This document shows positions 1-9,117 of a DNA stretch of 64,000 bases, one piece after another (the stretch's first letter is position 1; each line of letters opens with the position of its first letter). Below the pieces are notes generated by a model, which saw only the letters and a list, made by a program, of their open reading frames with translations, did no database searches and was not told the origin of the DNA. A program made the position numbers and the translations under genes. This DNA is from a virus (Duplodnaviria; Caudoviricetes), in the IMG/VR virus record IMGVR_UViG_2548876809_000002, positions 1 to 64,000 of that record, one strand, 5' to 3'.

Positions 1-249
1 ATGAAGCCTATCGTCGCCGCTACACCCGACCAGGTGCGCGAGACGCTACGATCATTGGCCGTGGAGCACCGCGTGACGCTCGCCGCATTGTCGCGCATGT
101 TGCGCCGACCGTCCGGCTATCTGTCGCAGTTCGCGCGCGGTGCTGGTCCGACACGACTGCCGGTCGACGAGCAGCAGCTGCTGGCGCAGTACTTCCGGGT
201 CGATCCGCGGCTGTTCGGGGAACGCGAAGACTGGGAACCCGACCGGTAG
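1..249 (+). CDS. Stand-alone repressor-type HTH protein
   Basis: TLAALSRMLRRPSGYLSQF resembles the N-terminal HTH of XRE/S24 phage repressors; no peptidase domain. Confidence 0.65.
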   Translation: MKPIVAATPDQVRETLRSLAVEHRVTLAALSRMLRRPSGYLSQFARGAGPTRLPVDEQQLLAQYFRVDPRLFGEREDWEPDR

Positions 250-301
250 CGGCCGCAGCTAGAGCTGCAGCATGGCTCCCCCTCGCTGCAGCCCGTTCCC
301 T

Positions 302-316
302 GTTCTGAATATGTTC
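302..316 (+). promoter_or_regulatory. Alphaproteobacterial LexA (SOS) box
   Basis: GTTC-tgaatat-GTTC, exact GTTC-N7-GTTC consensus upstream of ORF 353. Confidence 0.7.
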
Positions 317-352
317 TAGCCGAATCACCGTTGCGCGTGCTTCACGGCGCGG

Positions 353-628
353 ATGGCGAAGCACGACACGGCCCCGATCAACCTTGCTCTCCAGGTGCTG
401 GCCGAGGCGGTCGCGCGGCACCCTGCCGACCCGATTACCACGCAGCCGGTGCAGCTGGCGCTTCGCACGCTGTACCCGTACCTGCGCGATCCGAAGGACC
501 TCACGCGGTTCTGGCAGGATGCAGGCCGGACAGATCCGATATCGCTCAGCAGCCGGCGCGGGGATTACGCGGCGATCGCGACGCGGCTGGTGGCGCTGGG
601 GTTCGAGGTCGATGCGCGGCTGCGGTAA
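353..628 (+). CDS. Hypothetical protein, probably SOS-regulated
   Basis: 91-aa ORF with GC3-rich codons directly behind a LexA box. Confidence 0.65.
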   Translation: MAKHDTAPINLALQVLAEAVARHPADPITTQPVQLALRTLYPYLRDPKDLTRFWQDAGRTDPISLSSRRGDYAAIATRLVALGFEVDARLR

Positions 629-769
629 GCGGCAGTGGGCCGGTTGGCGGGAGTAGCGGCAGGCATTTCCCCCTCACTTCCACCTCATGCCAAAGCATGA
701 TAATCGAAGCGGGCCGCAACGGTGGTTGCACACCGCGCGGCCCTAACCACCATCGCACGGAGCGCGACA

Positions 770-2008
770 ATGGCTGACCTAGATATTAGCGCAACTTCGC
801 GCGTTACGGAACACTCTCAAGCGGCAACGCCTGATACCCGGAGCCCCCACCGGTATCTCGTTCTCGATAGCATGCGCGGTATCTGCGCATGCATCATCGT
901 GTTGCTTCACCTCAGCACCCAAGGATATATCTCGAACAGTCAGTTTGTTCGGAACGGTTTCCTGTTCGTGGACTTCTTTTTCGTACTAAGCGGGTTTGTG
1001 ATTGCGGCCAGCTACGGAAGCCGCCTCTCCAAAGGGTTCTCTCCGGTAGCTTTTATGGCTCTGCGACTGGGCCGAGTTTACCCGATGCACCTTGTAATGC
1101 TGGCGCTGTTCTTGGCGTTCGAGATCGCCTTCGCGGTATCGTCAACGCAGTTTGCAGGCCGCGCTCCCTTCTCCGAGGTTTACGGTCCGGGTCTGCTGGT
1201 AGCGAATTTGGCCCTGGTGCAGATTTTCTTTGGCCCCGATCGCACAAGCTGGAATGCGCCTAGCTGGAGCATTGCTGCCGAGGTGTGGACCTATCTGGTT
1301 TTTGCGATGATCTTTCGGCTCGCCGGACGCTGGCTCGTACCGATCTGTGCGGCGATTGCCGTCGCGAGTTGCCTCTACCTCGCCATGCTGACCGATCGCT
1401 ATCTTGAGGTATTTCACAACGGCGCTTTTGCCAGGTGCCTCTACGGCTTCTCGCTCGGCGTAATCGCCTATGCGGTTCAGCAGCGCATCCGATCATCGGC
1501 AAGCCAGAAGGGGTCTCAGGGTTTGTGGACGCTTGGTGAAGCTGCAATGGTCGTGGCCGTTATCGCAGCGGTCACGTTCTCCGGGCCTAGCGTTTCCTCT
1601 CTCGCGATCCCGCCGCTCTTCCTACTTGTGATCCTGCTGTTCGCTCAAGAGAATGGCCGGTTGAGCTATATTCTTACCCGCAAGCCCTTCGTATTTGTCG
1701 GGACGCTATCGTACTCGATTTACATGATTCACAGCTTCCTCGAGCTGCGGTTCGTCAACGTCATTTCCGCGGTGGGACGGATCATACACCGCCCGCTCGT
1801 GGTATCGGTTAGCGGCCACAACGAGATCGGCTTCGGTCCGTTATTTGGTGATGCGATGTCGCTGCTGATGCTTGCGATCACCATTGCCTGCGCCATCCTT
1901 AGCTACCGCTGGATCGAGCAAAAAATGAATGACCGGACCCGTAAATGGGTGGCATCGCGTTTCCATACCGGAGTGCGCGCGAGCGAGGATGCAGCGCCTA
2001 CATTCTAA
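770..2008 (+). CDS. Acyltransferase-3 (OafA/GumF-like) membrane O-acyltransferase moron
   Basis: LDSMRG..VLLH, VDFFFVLSGFVI, WSIAAEVW, SYSIYMIH, YRWIE motifs; multiple TM segments; ATG at 770. Confidence 0.9.
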   Translation: MADLDISATSRVTEHSQAATPDTRSPHRYLVLDSMRGICACIIVLLHLSTQGYISNSQFVRNGFLFVDFFFVLSGFVIAASYGSRLSKGFSPVAFMALRLGRVYPMHLVMLALFLAFEIAFAVSSTQFAGRAPFSEVYGPGLLVANLALVQIFFGPDRTSWNAPSWSIAAEVWTYLVFAMIFRLAGRWLVPICAAIAVASCLYLAMLTDRYLEVFHNGAFARCLYGFSLGVIAYAVQQRIRSSASQKGSQGLWTLGEAAMVVAVIAAVTFSGPSVSSLAIPPLFLLVILLFAQENGRLSYILTRKPFVFVGTLSYSIYMIHSFLELRFVNVISAVGRIIHRPLVVSVSGHNEIGFGPLFGDAMSLLMLAITIACAILSYRWIEQKMNDRTRKWVASRFHTGVRASEDAAPTF

Positions 2009-2010
2009 TA

Positions 2011-2074
2011 ATTCGGCACTATGGCGATGGGCACAGGTAAGGTTCTTTCCACCGCCATAGTGTGCCTTCCGAAT
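2011..2074. terminator. Long imperfect hairpin between convergent genes
   Basis: ATTCGGCACTATGGCG...CGCCATAGTGTGCCTTCCGAAT between stops at 2008 and 2076. Confidence 0.55.
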
Positions 2075-2075
2075 A

Positions 2076-5000
2076 TTATGCGTTCGCCGCCACCGCCGCG
2101 ATCATCGGGCTGGTGCGATCCAACTCGTCGCTCTGCGACTGCCACGGAAGCTGCAATCCGGCACGACCGTACCAGACGGCATTCCCGCCGACCAAAGCGC
2201 GGTAACGCTGCAAGTAGCGCGCCACCGCCGTTCCAGCGCGGCTGTCAGACCGGATAGCTGACATCAAGGCCTGCGACGCAGTGCTATCGGGCCAACTGAT
2301 CAACGTGTGCGTGTTGAACTCGTAGGACACGAACTGGATTGCATCCACGCTCAGGCCCTTTGACACCAGATATTCTGCCAACTCGTTCTTCCGAGTGCGT
2401 GCAAGGTTGACTGCAGTGTCGATCGGATCGTTACGTTAGCATAGAAGGCATCCACGCACGCCGCGAGGTTGGTGGTGTAGAGCGCCTTCGTTCGCGGGGT
2501 CCACGTCCCGAAGCCCGCATCGCTGTAGTTGCTCATGGCACTGCCACTGGCCGAGGCATCCCAGTAAGGAGCAACACCGGCCTCCTTGATGACCTTGAAG
2601 TTATCGTCAAAGTCGAGCGCGTACTTGATGGCGCTATTAACCTGCTGAATAGCCCACCACAGGAATGCAGGGAGAAGCGTGGAAGTGTCACGCCCGATTG
2701 CAGTGTAGGCAGCCTTGGCGATGTTCGACGCCACTACAAGCCGCTGAGAGACCCAGCGCACACGAGCGATGTTGGTGGCATTGGTATCATATACTACCTG
2801 CCAGTAGGCGTTCGTGGCTGCCGTAACATTTGCATTGGTATCGTTGGCGGTGACAGGTTGCAGAGCCTTCCACAGCTGATAGCCAACGCCGGGGATATTC
2901 CCGAGAACGGTATCGCCGGTGGCGAATGCGCGGGTTGGGGTTGCCGTCTTAGCCGAGCCGCTCACGTTGAAGTTGGCGTCCAGAGGGAGCGGTGTGATAG
3001 GAACTGCCCCAGCGGTTGTGGCGGAGATGGTCAATCCTGCCCGAACGCCTCGATCTGCCGAGTCATACCACTGGCTAAATTTGTCGTTCCAGTGCTCGTT
3101 GACGAACTCGATGTGGACCGGAAGGCCGGGGTTGAGGTTCGCTGCGATGTAGTCGAACTCGGATCGCATCGAGTCAGCCGTCTGGTCGAGGAACATGCAT
3201 AGCCACAGGTCCTGTCCCGTCTGGTTGCACAAGTCCACGGCCATGGCCACGGACATGCGGAAGAACTGCTGGACGTTGTTAATCGTCTTGGTGCCGCCGT
3301 TGTTGTTGACAGGCCGAGCATCCATCATTCGGAAGATTTTACTCTTCGCAAATGCCATACTTGCGACGACCTCATCGGTGACAAGCTGGTTGGGCTTGGT
3401 GTCACCCTTGAGCTTCATCGTTGGACGGAAGCCCATCGTGGTGGCAGTTTTGCCGGTCGGAATTCCGCTGAAATTAATTTCAGACTGCGGCTGTCCGGCA
3501 GTGATCGTATAGTTCGTCTTTACGACCAAATCACGGGCTTTGTTATTGGTATCAAACTGGTATTCAGTACCAATTGTGTAATAGTTACCATCAAGATTGT
3601 TTGTACCGGCTGCCATACCGTTTGGATATACGATCGGGTAAGTACCGAGTCGCGCCCAGTAATACGGCAGGATCATACGGATAGAACTTTCACCAGCCTT
3701 ATAGCCGTTGATGTATCCGTTCTTATCTACACCATCCAAGCCGTCATCGCTGTAACCCCAATCGACGTAGCTGCTACCCTTGCGGTAGTCGGAGCGCCGC
3801 ACTTCGTCCCGGGCATAATCATTCCCGCTGTAGTACGAATAGTTGCCGTCCTGCTGACCAACACGCAGCGGGAAGATCGTCTGGCGCGCAGGGATCGCGA
3901 AGTTAAGCGCCCCGAAGGATGTGGGGTTGGAGGCATCGCGGACGTAGAACGTCGACGGGCCTGCGGCACCGGCAGGCAGCGTCGCGCTAAAGCTGTAGGT
4001 CTGGCCGCTGATGCCCGAGAAATTCGTCCAGGGCGTGACAACCGTGCCATTTGCGAGGACGACCGCATACTGAAGCTGCGCGATCGTGCCCGTGAACGTC
4101 CCGGATACAGTGGTCGTAATCTGGGAAGTGGCCGCGAGGGGGTCCGTGGCGTTCACAACCGAGACAACCGAAATAGCCGTGACATGGTTGTCGTAGATGT
4201 TGAGCGCGCGGGTGATCGGGCGCGGATAGGCTGTCGAGCTTGTGTTCTGCGCCCCGCCGATAGCCAAGGCATTCACGGCAGGAACGTCGCGAACGTCCAG
4301 GCCAAGTCCACCGCTGGCAGACGCAGACTGCGACATCTCTGCATCGTTGATGTACATTCGCATATAGCCGTTGATGATGGCAAAACGCAGCTTCGAGCCA
4401 TAGGCCAACGTACCGAAGTTAATGAAGCCCGTGAGAGGAGTGCTGACGCCCCCCACCTTTTTCGAGGGCGTGAAGCCGTGGTAGCCCATATCCACATTGA
4501 TGTGGTTGTTGGCGTCCGTGTAGCGCAGGCGGTTCAGGCGAACCGACCCAGGATCATCCAGCGGGCTGGTTACATAATCCATGTACACTTCAAGCTCGTG
4601 ATCGGGGCCTGCCGTCGCGTGCTTCCACAGATCGTTGGCAGACAGGCCGGTGGCTACCAGTGCCCCGCCTTGGATCTTGAGCGTGTCGCTCCCGCCGACA
4701 ACCTGCGTCCATCCCGCATACCCATTCAGCGAGGTATTGTCCGGGGCCGCAGACAAAGGAGCGGCGTAAGCGAGGGTCCGCAGCGCGGTCATCATCACAT
4801 TGCTGAAAACGGTCACCCCGCCAACAGTGTCGCCCCGCGCGATGAAGTGGCCATCATCGAGCGTAGAATTCCAGGTATAGGTAGATGTCGTGACCGCCGG
4901 GGACATGGCGACCCCATCGCGATACCAGTTGGTCGCGATGGTCGGGTTTCCAGTCCACACCGACGACGTCGAGCTGATCGTGTTCCCGTTGATCGGTGTC

Positions 5001-5651
5001 CCCGAGATCGCGGGATAAGTCGTGGGAACCGGCGCGCCCGCGACTGGGGTAGCGCTTTGGATAGCCGAGGTCGGACCTTCACCAACCGAGTTGACGGCAG
5101 AAAGCGCGTAATACCGGATTGTGCCGTTCGTCAGGCCCGTTTCGATATAGGGCGACGCCGACATGATCGTGCCGACCAACGTAAGCGTACCTGGCGCTGA
5201 ACCGGCATACAGCTTGTGCGCGGTAATAGCCGCACCGCCGGTAGCGCCATCGTTCCAAGTAAGGGTGTTCTGCGCATTGCCGGGCGAAACAGTGAGCGTT
5301 GGAGCTGCGGGAAGGGTCGGGCTTGGCGTAGGTGTCGGCGTTGGGGTCGGAAGCACCGACACCACGTTTCCAACCACTGGCGCGGCCAGGCCGAGCCCCT
5401 GACCGGTCTGAAGCACCAGCAATGGCACCATGACACGCGCCAGTCGGTCTTTTGCAGGGCCGTGCTGGATCACCGCGGCAACGGATGCACCACCTCGATC
5501 GTGCGCCTGCCATCAGGCTGCCGGCATCCGCCGGGTTGGCGGGGGCAGCCACGCCAGCGCGAACGCATACCGAGGCAAGCGCATCGTCGAGCGTCAGACG
5601 ATGGGGCGGGTTGCCGGGAAAGCGGGAATCCCAAAGCAGAATGGTCTTCAT
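2076..5651 (-). pseudogene. Large (~1190 aa reconstructed) FN3 + lectin-like + glycoside-hydrolase-like protein, apparently frameshifted (main ORF 2351-5473)
   Basis: N-terminus MKTILLWD (5651) joins the main ORF if single bases are restored at 5504 and 5493; C-terminus 2076-2430 joins if one base is restored at 2431; PT linker, FN3 repeat, IEFVNEHWN motif. Confidence 0.7.
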
Positions 5652-5684
5652 CGGTAGATCTCCGGAAAGGAACAGGGAGGAAAA

Positions 5685-5960
5685 TTAAGGGCGCGTGCAG
5701 GTGACGATCGCGGCGTCCGCACGCTCGCCGTAGCCGCCCGGGCCGCTCCACTCCGCGAGCTTGGCTCCGAGGACGGCAGCTAGGCGCGCGAGCGACGTCG
5801 GCAGCGCGCCGAGCGGCACGGGCCGCGCGGGCCGGGTCACGACGCAGGGACGTTGTACCTCGCGCGTGACGGTCACGGTCTTGATCTGGACCGCGGGCGG
5901 CGTAACCTTGGCGGCGCACCCGGCAAGCGCCAGCGCGGCGATGATAGCAAAGCGCATCAC
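5685..5960 (-). CDS. o-spanin (Rz1-like lipoprotein)
   Basis: Lipobox LAGC, Pro-rich mature part, overlaps i-spanin stop. Confidence 0.75.
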   Translation of the reverse strand: MMRFAIIAALALAGCAAKVTPPAVQIKTVTVTREVQRPCVVTRPARPVPLGALPTSLARLAAVLGAKLAEWSGPGGYGERADAAIVTCTRP

Positions 5961-6363
5961 AGTCCCTTCAGGTTGTTGAGCAGCGCGGTCGGTGCGGCGC
6001 AGTCGGGCGAGGTCGGCAGCGTTGTGGCCAACTTCAGCAGCGTGTCGGTCCGGCCCTTGTCGGCGTCGCGCCGCGCGTCCGCCGTGGCGACGTTGGCAGC
6101 GTTCTGCGTCTTGCTATCGGCGAAGGCGTCCGCGCGCGCGCGCTGTCCGCTTCCTTGGCTGCAAGCGCTGCCTCGAGGTCCTTGATCGACGCGAGGTTGA
6201 TCGCGTTCTTCTGGATCTCGGCATCGCGCTCGGCGACGTGCTGCGCATCACGCGCGTGGCACTGGGTAGCATCGGCGCGGGCGAAGAAGACGGCGATCGC
6301 GAGCACGGTCATGCCGACCCCGCCAACGATCGCCTGCCAGTATTTGGCGAGGAAAAAGCTCAT
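5957..6363 (-). pseudogene. i-spanin (Rz-like), frameshift in (CG)n near 6140
   Basis: N-terminal TM then Ala-rich coil; +1 base gives ADSAARADAFADSK...NNLKGL ending at TGA 5957, coupled to the o-spanin. Confidence 0.7.
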
Positions 6364-6763
6364 GCCGTGCCCCCGTTAATTTGATCAGCAGCGTCTGCCG
6401 CCGCGCCCGCAACCTTGTCCGCAGCCTGCCCGCGTCGCCGCCGGTGCGCAGCTTCAGCCCCCAGCCCTCCGCGTCGATCTTGGCTTTCAGATCGCGCGTG
6501 ACGATCGTCAGGAACGCGATCGCGACGACTCCGAGCAATCCGACTGCGGTCCACCCGAGCCACTTGATCAGTTCCATCTCGATCGACGTGCAATCAGCGA
6601 TCGAGCTAGTTGCGAGCTTCGTGTCGGCCACGCGGACGCTGCACCATTTGACGGGATCGGACAGGATCCAGATCAGCCAGGCGAGGAAAGCGAGCAGCAC
6701 CGGCAGACCGACGATGATGGCGATCGACGTCCACGACTTGCGACGGTTCGTGACGATGCTCAT
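6360..6763 (-). pseudogene. Two-TM membrane protein (holin-like), frameshift near 6430
   Basis: Two hydrophobic helices; +1 base gives the C-terminus QAADKVAGAAADAADQINGGTA ending at 6360. Confidence 0.55.
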
Positions 6764-7102
6764 CGGGGGAACTCCGGCAGGTCGACCGTCTGACCCGACA
6801 ACGCGTGCGTGCAGTCGCCCAGAAACTGGATGCGGCCATCAGTGACGAAGCTGTGGCATACTTCGGGAGGTCGCCCGGTTCGCGCTGGAACGCGAGATCA
6901 ACAGCCCGGCCGGTCGTCACAAGCACGGAAGGTGTCAGCGTTGGGCGATCTAAGTCGCATTCCAGCCCCAGGCCGGACGATCGAGCCCCTCCTTGATCGT
7001 GCAGACATGCGGGGAGTTGCAACCTGGGCAGTGGAAGGCGAGGCGGGAATGGTCCGAGTTCCAGAGGACTGCTCGCTCACCGCGAATTTGGCGCGCGCCC
7101 AT
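6760..7102 (-). pseudogene. DUF6527-like Zn-binding protein, frameshifts at 6958 and 6864
   Basis: Reconstruction: HCPGCNSPH...WGWNGDLDRPTLTPSV...CHSFVTDGRIQFLGDCTH; translationally coupled on both sides. Confidence 0.65.
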
Positions 7103-7668
7103 CACTGCGCCGCCAGCGCAGCGGCGACGTCGGCGCGAATATCGACCCGCACCGGCTTGCCGGGCAGGAAGCTCGGCTTGCTGACTGGGTAGACGTTGAC
7201 GATGCCATCGAGGTGCTTCCAGCGGCCGTCGAAGAACAGGGCAGCTTCGTCCATCCGCCGTTGCTTGAGATCGCCGTCGTTCAGGTAGTGCGTCTCGAGG
7301 AACTTCCGCGCCTCAGCGACCTTGCCCGCCAGAAACACGCCCACTCAAGTCGTCGCCGCGATCGCGCCGGTGTTGTAATGGATCGACAGCGCCGCGGCGA
7401 ACTGCGCCTCGGTCAGGGCGCGGCCCTTGAACGCTGCCAAGACCTCGGGCCCGTATTTGGTGCGCAGCAGCCAGATATAGACCTCGAGCACGCGCTCGAT
7501 CGTCGCAGGCTTGTCCTTGTACCGATCGACCAGATGCCCGGAAGCGTCCGTCACGCCGACGCCCCATGTGCCGACTCCGACGCTGTCGCGGTACCATTCG
7601 CGGACGATGCCCTCGGCACCGACGAGTTCGCACGCGATGCGCGCAGTGATGCATCCGTTGATCGTCAT
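7102..7668 (-). pseudogene. Endolysin (T4-lysozyme/GH24-like) with in-frame TGA at 7345-7347
   Basis: E-x8-D-x5-T triad (AEGIVREWYRDSVGVGT); the two ORFs are in frame (YNTGAIAATT*VGVFLAG). Confidence 0.85.
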
Positions 7669-7730
7669 GATCTCGGTTTCCCTTCGATTGGTTTGAAAGC
7701 GCGCAGCAGGTGCGCGGTCGGCTGGAGGTG

Positions 7731-8167
7731 TCAGTCTGCCTTCATCATGGTCTCGGCCAGGTGGCCGATCTCTTCCGCGCTTGTGAACGCGGTCGGCAGG
7801 ATCTCGCGGAGCAAGACACGCGCTTGACGGGCTACCGAATTTCCGGGCGACACCCGCTCAAGCTCATCGATCACGAGCGTCAGCACGAACCGCTGCTGTC
7901 CAATCGGGATCGTCTGGCCGCGATTTGCGCCTCAGCGATCGTCATGCGCCGGGACTGCGCATCCTTCGACTGCTTAAGGGACTCGATGTCCTTCCACATC
8001 TCGGCACGCATGCGTTCCTCGGCATCGATGTCGATCTTGCGCCAGCCCCCGCGGTTCTTGATCCATGCGACCAGCGCCCCGCCGCCAAGTAGCAAATTGA
8101 TGAAACCGAAGATCGCACCCCAGCCGATGGGCAGCCCGACCAGGTCCGGGGCATGGTTACCGGTCAT
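7731..8167 (-). pseudogene. Membrane-anchored lysis-region protein, frameshift near 7916
   Basis: N-terminal TM plus coiled coil; +1 base continues AAQTIPIGQQRFVL...MKAD. Confidence 0.55.
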
Positions 8168-8420
8168 GCTTTTGGTACCAAAGCGAGCCGGCACCCATAA
8201 CCAGGGCAAGGATGAGGGCTGTCGTGTATGAGAGGACGGCGTGCACTCGAAACAGGAACGAAAGCCGGTTCAGTGCTAGAAGGAAAACGATACCCCAAAC
8301 CGGGTCGAGATAGCGCCCCCGGCGTCGAAATATCCGTGCGACGGCCGGCGAAAGACAGCCGAGGCAAATCAGCCACGCACCAACGGCTGCGCCGCGAAGC
8401 GCATCAGCAAGCAACATCAC
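8157..8420 (-). CDS. Small multi-TM protein (holin candidate)
   Basis: AGGAG RBS, GTG 8420, three hydrophobic segments. Confidence 0.6.
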   Translation of the reverse strand: MMLLADALRGAAVGAWLICLGCLSPAVARIFRRRGRYLDPVWGIVFLLALNRLSFLFRVHAVLSYTTALILALVMGAGSLWYQKHDR

Positions 8421-8431
8421 GGTAGCTCCTA

Positions 8432-8710
8432 TTATTTCGGCGCCATGCCCAGGAAGGCCGTCTCGATCGCGCGGGCGCAGTGCCCCGACTTCGATCCGAG
8501 CAGCATGAAGAGGTGGTCGATCGCCCAGGCGCATGGCTTGCCCCACCAGGCCCCCGCCATCGCCGCGCGCCCGACGCGCGAGCTTATCGTCTCGTCGGCC
8601 GAGGGGCAGTTACCGCCGAAGATCAGGTAGTAAGGCCCGGCGAGCAGCACGTAGGCGAACTGGTCGATCGCGATCAGGATCTGGATGATCCAGCGGCCGA
8701 GCCGCTTCAT
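8432..8710 (-). CDS. Conserved phage membrane protein
   Basis: IDQ...DETISSRVGRAA motif typical of small genes near tail/lysis modules. Confidence 0.65.
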   Translation of the reverse strand: MKRLGRWIIQILIAIDQFAYVLLAGPYYLIFGGNCPSADETISSRVGRAAMAGAWWGKPCAWAIDHLFMLLGSKSGHCARAIETAFLGMAPK

Positions 8711-9117
8711 AGCGCCGCGATACGGTCGTAAGTGGCAGCGCTCACCCAACCCTTGCTGACCAGGTAGCCGAGGCCCTCGAGGGTGCGTGCGTCCTTGGGA
8801 TCGATGTTGCCGGACGCGGATTGCGCCCGATCATAGATCAGCTTCGCTAGGGGATCCGACATCGTCGCCGTGACGATCGCGACCTGCTCTACCAACGGGA
8901 AAAGGTCGACCCACTCGTTGAAGGTGTATCGGACCGACACCGGCAGCGTCACGGCTCCCGGCACCAGCACGTCGTCGATGACGTGCCAGCCACGCGGATC
9001 CGTCGACGGATCGAATTCGATGTACGCAAACCCGGTCTCGGCATCCGGCACGATCTCTGCCGATATCGTCCCGATCACGGTCCCGGTTGCGATCTCATAA
9101 AGGGCAAGGTGGTTCAT
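8707..9117 (-). CDS. Tail accessory/fibre-assembly-like protein
   Basis: Coupled to the tail-tip gene stop; position. Confidence 0.55.
   Translation of the reverse strand: MNHLALYEIATGTVIGTISAEIVPDAETGFAYIEFDPSTDPRGWHVIDDVLVPGAVTLPVSVRYTFNEWVDLFPLVEQVAIVTATMSDPLAKLIYDRAQSASGNIDPKDARTLEGLGYLVSKGWVSAATYDRIAAL

Noticed and set aside
4184-5200. 338-aa plus-strand ORF
   Set aside because: Shadow of the large FN3 protein
5320-5355. Pro-Thr repeat as a phase-variable tract
   Set aside because: Synonymous codons vary (not a pure nucleotide repeat); ordinary interdomain linker
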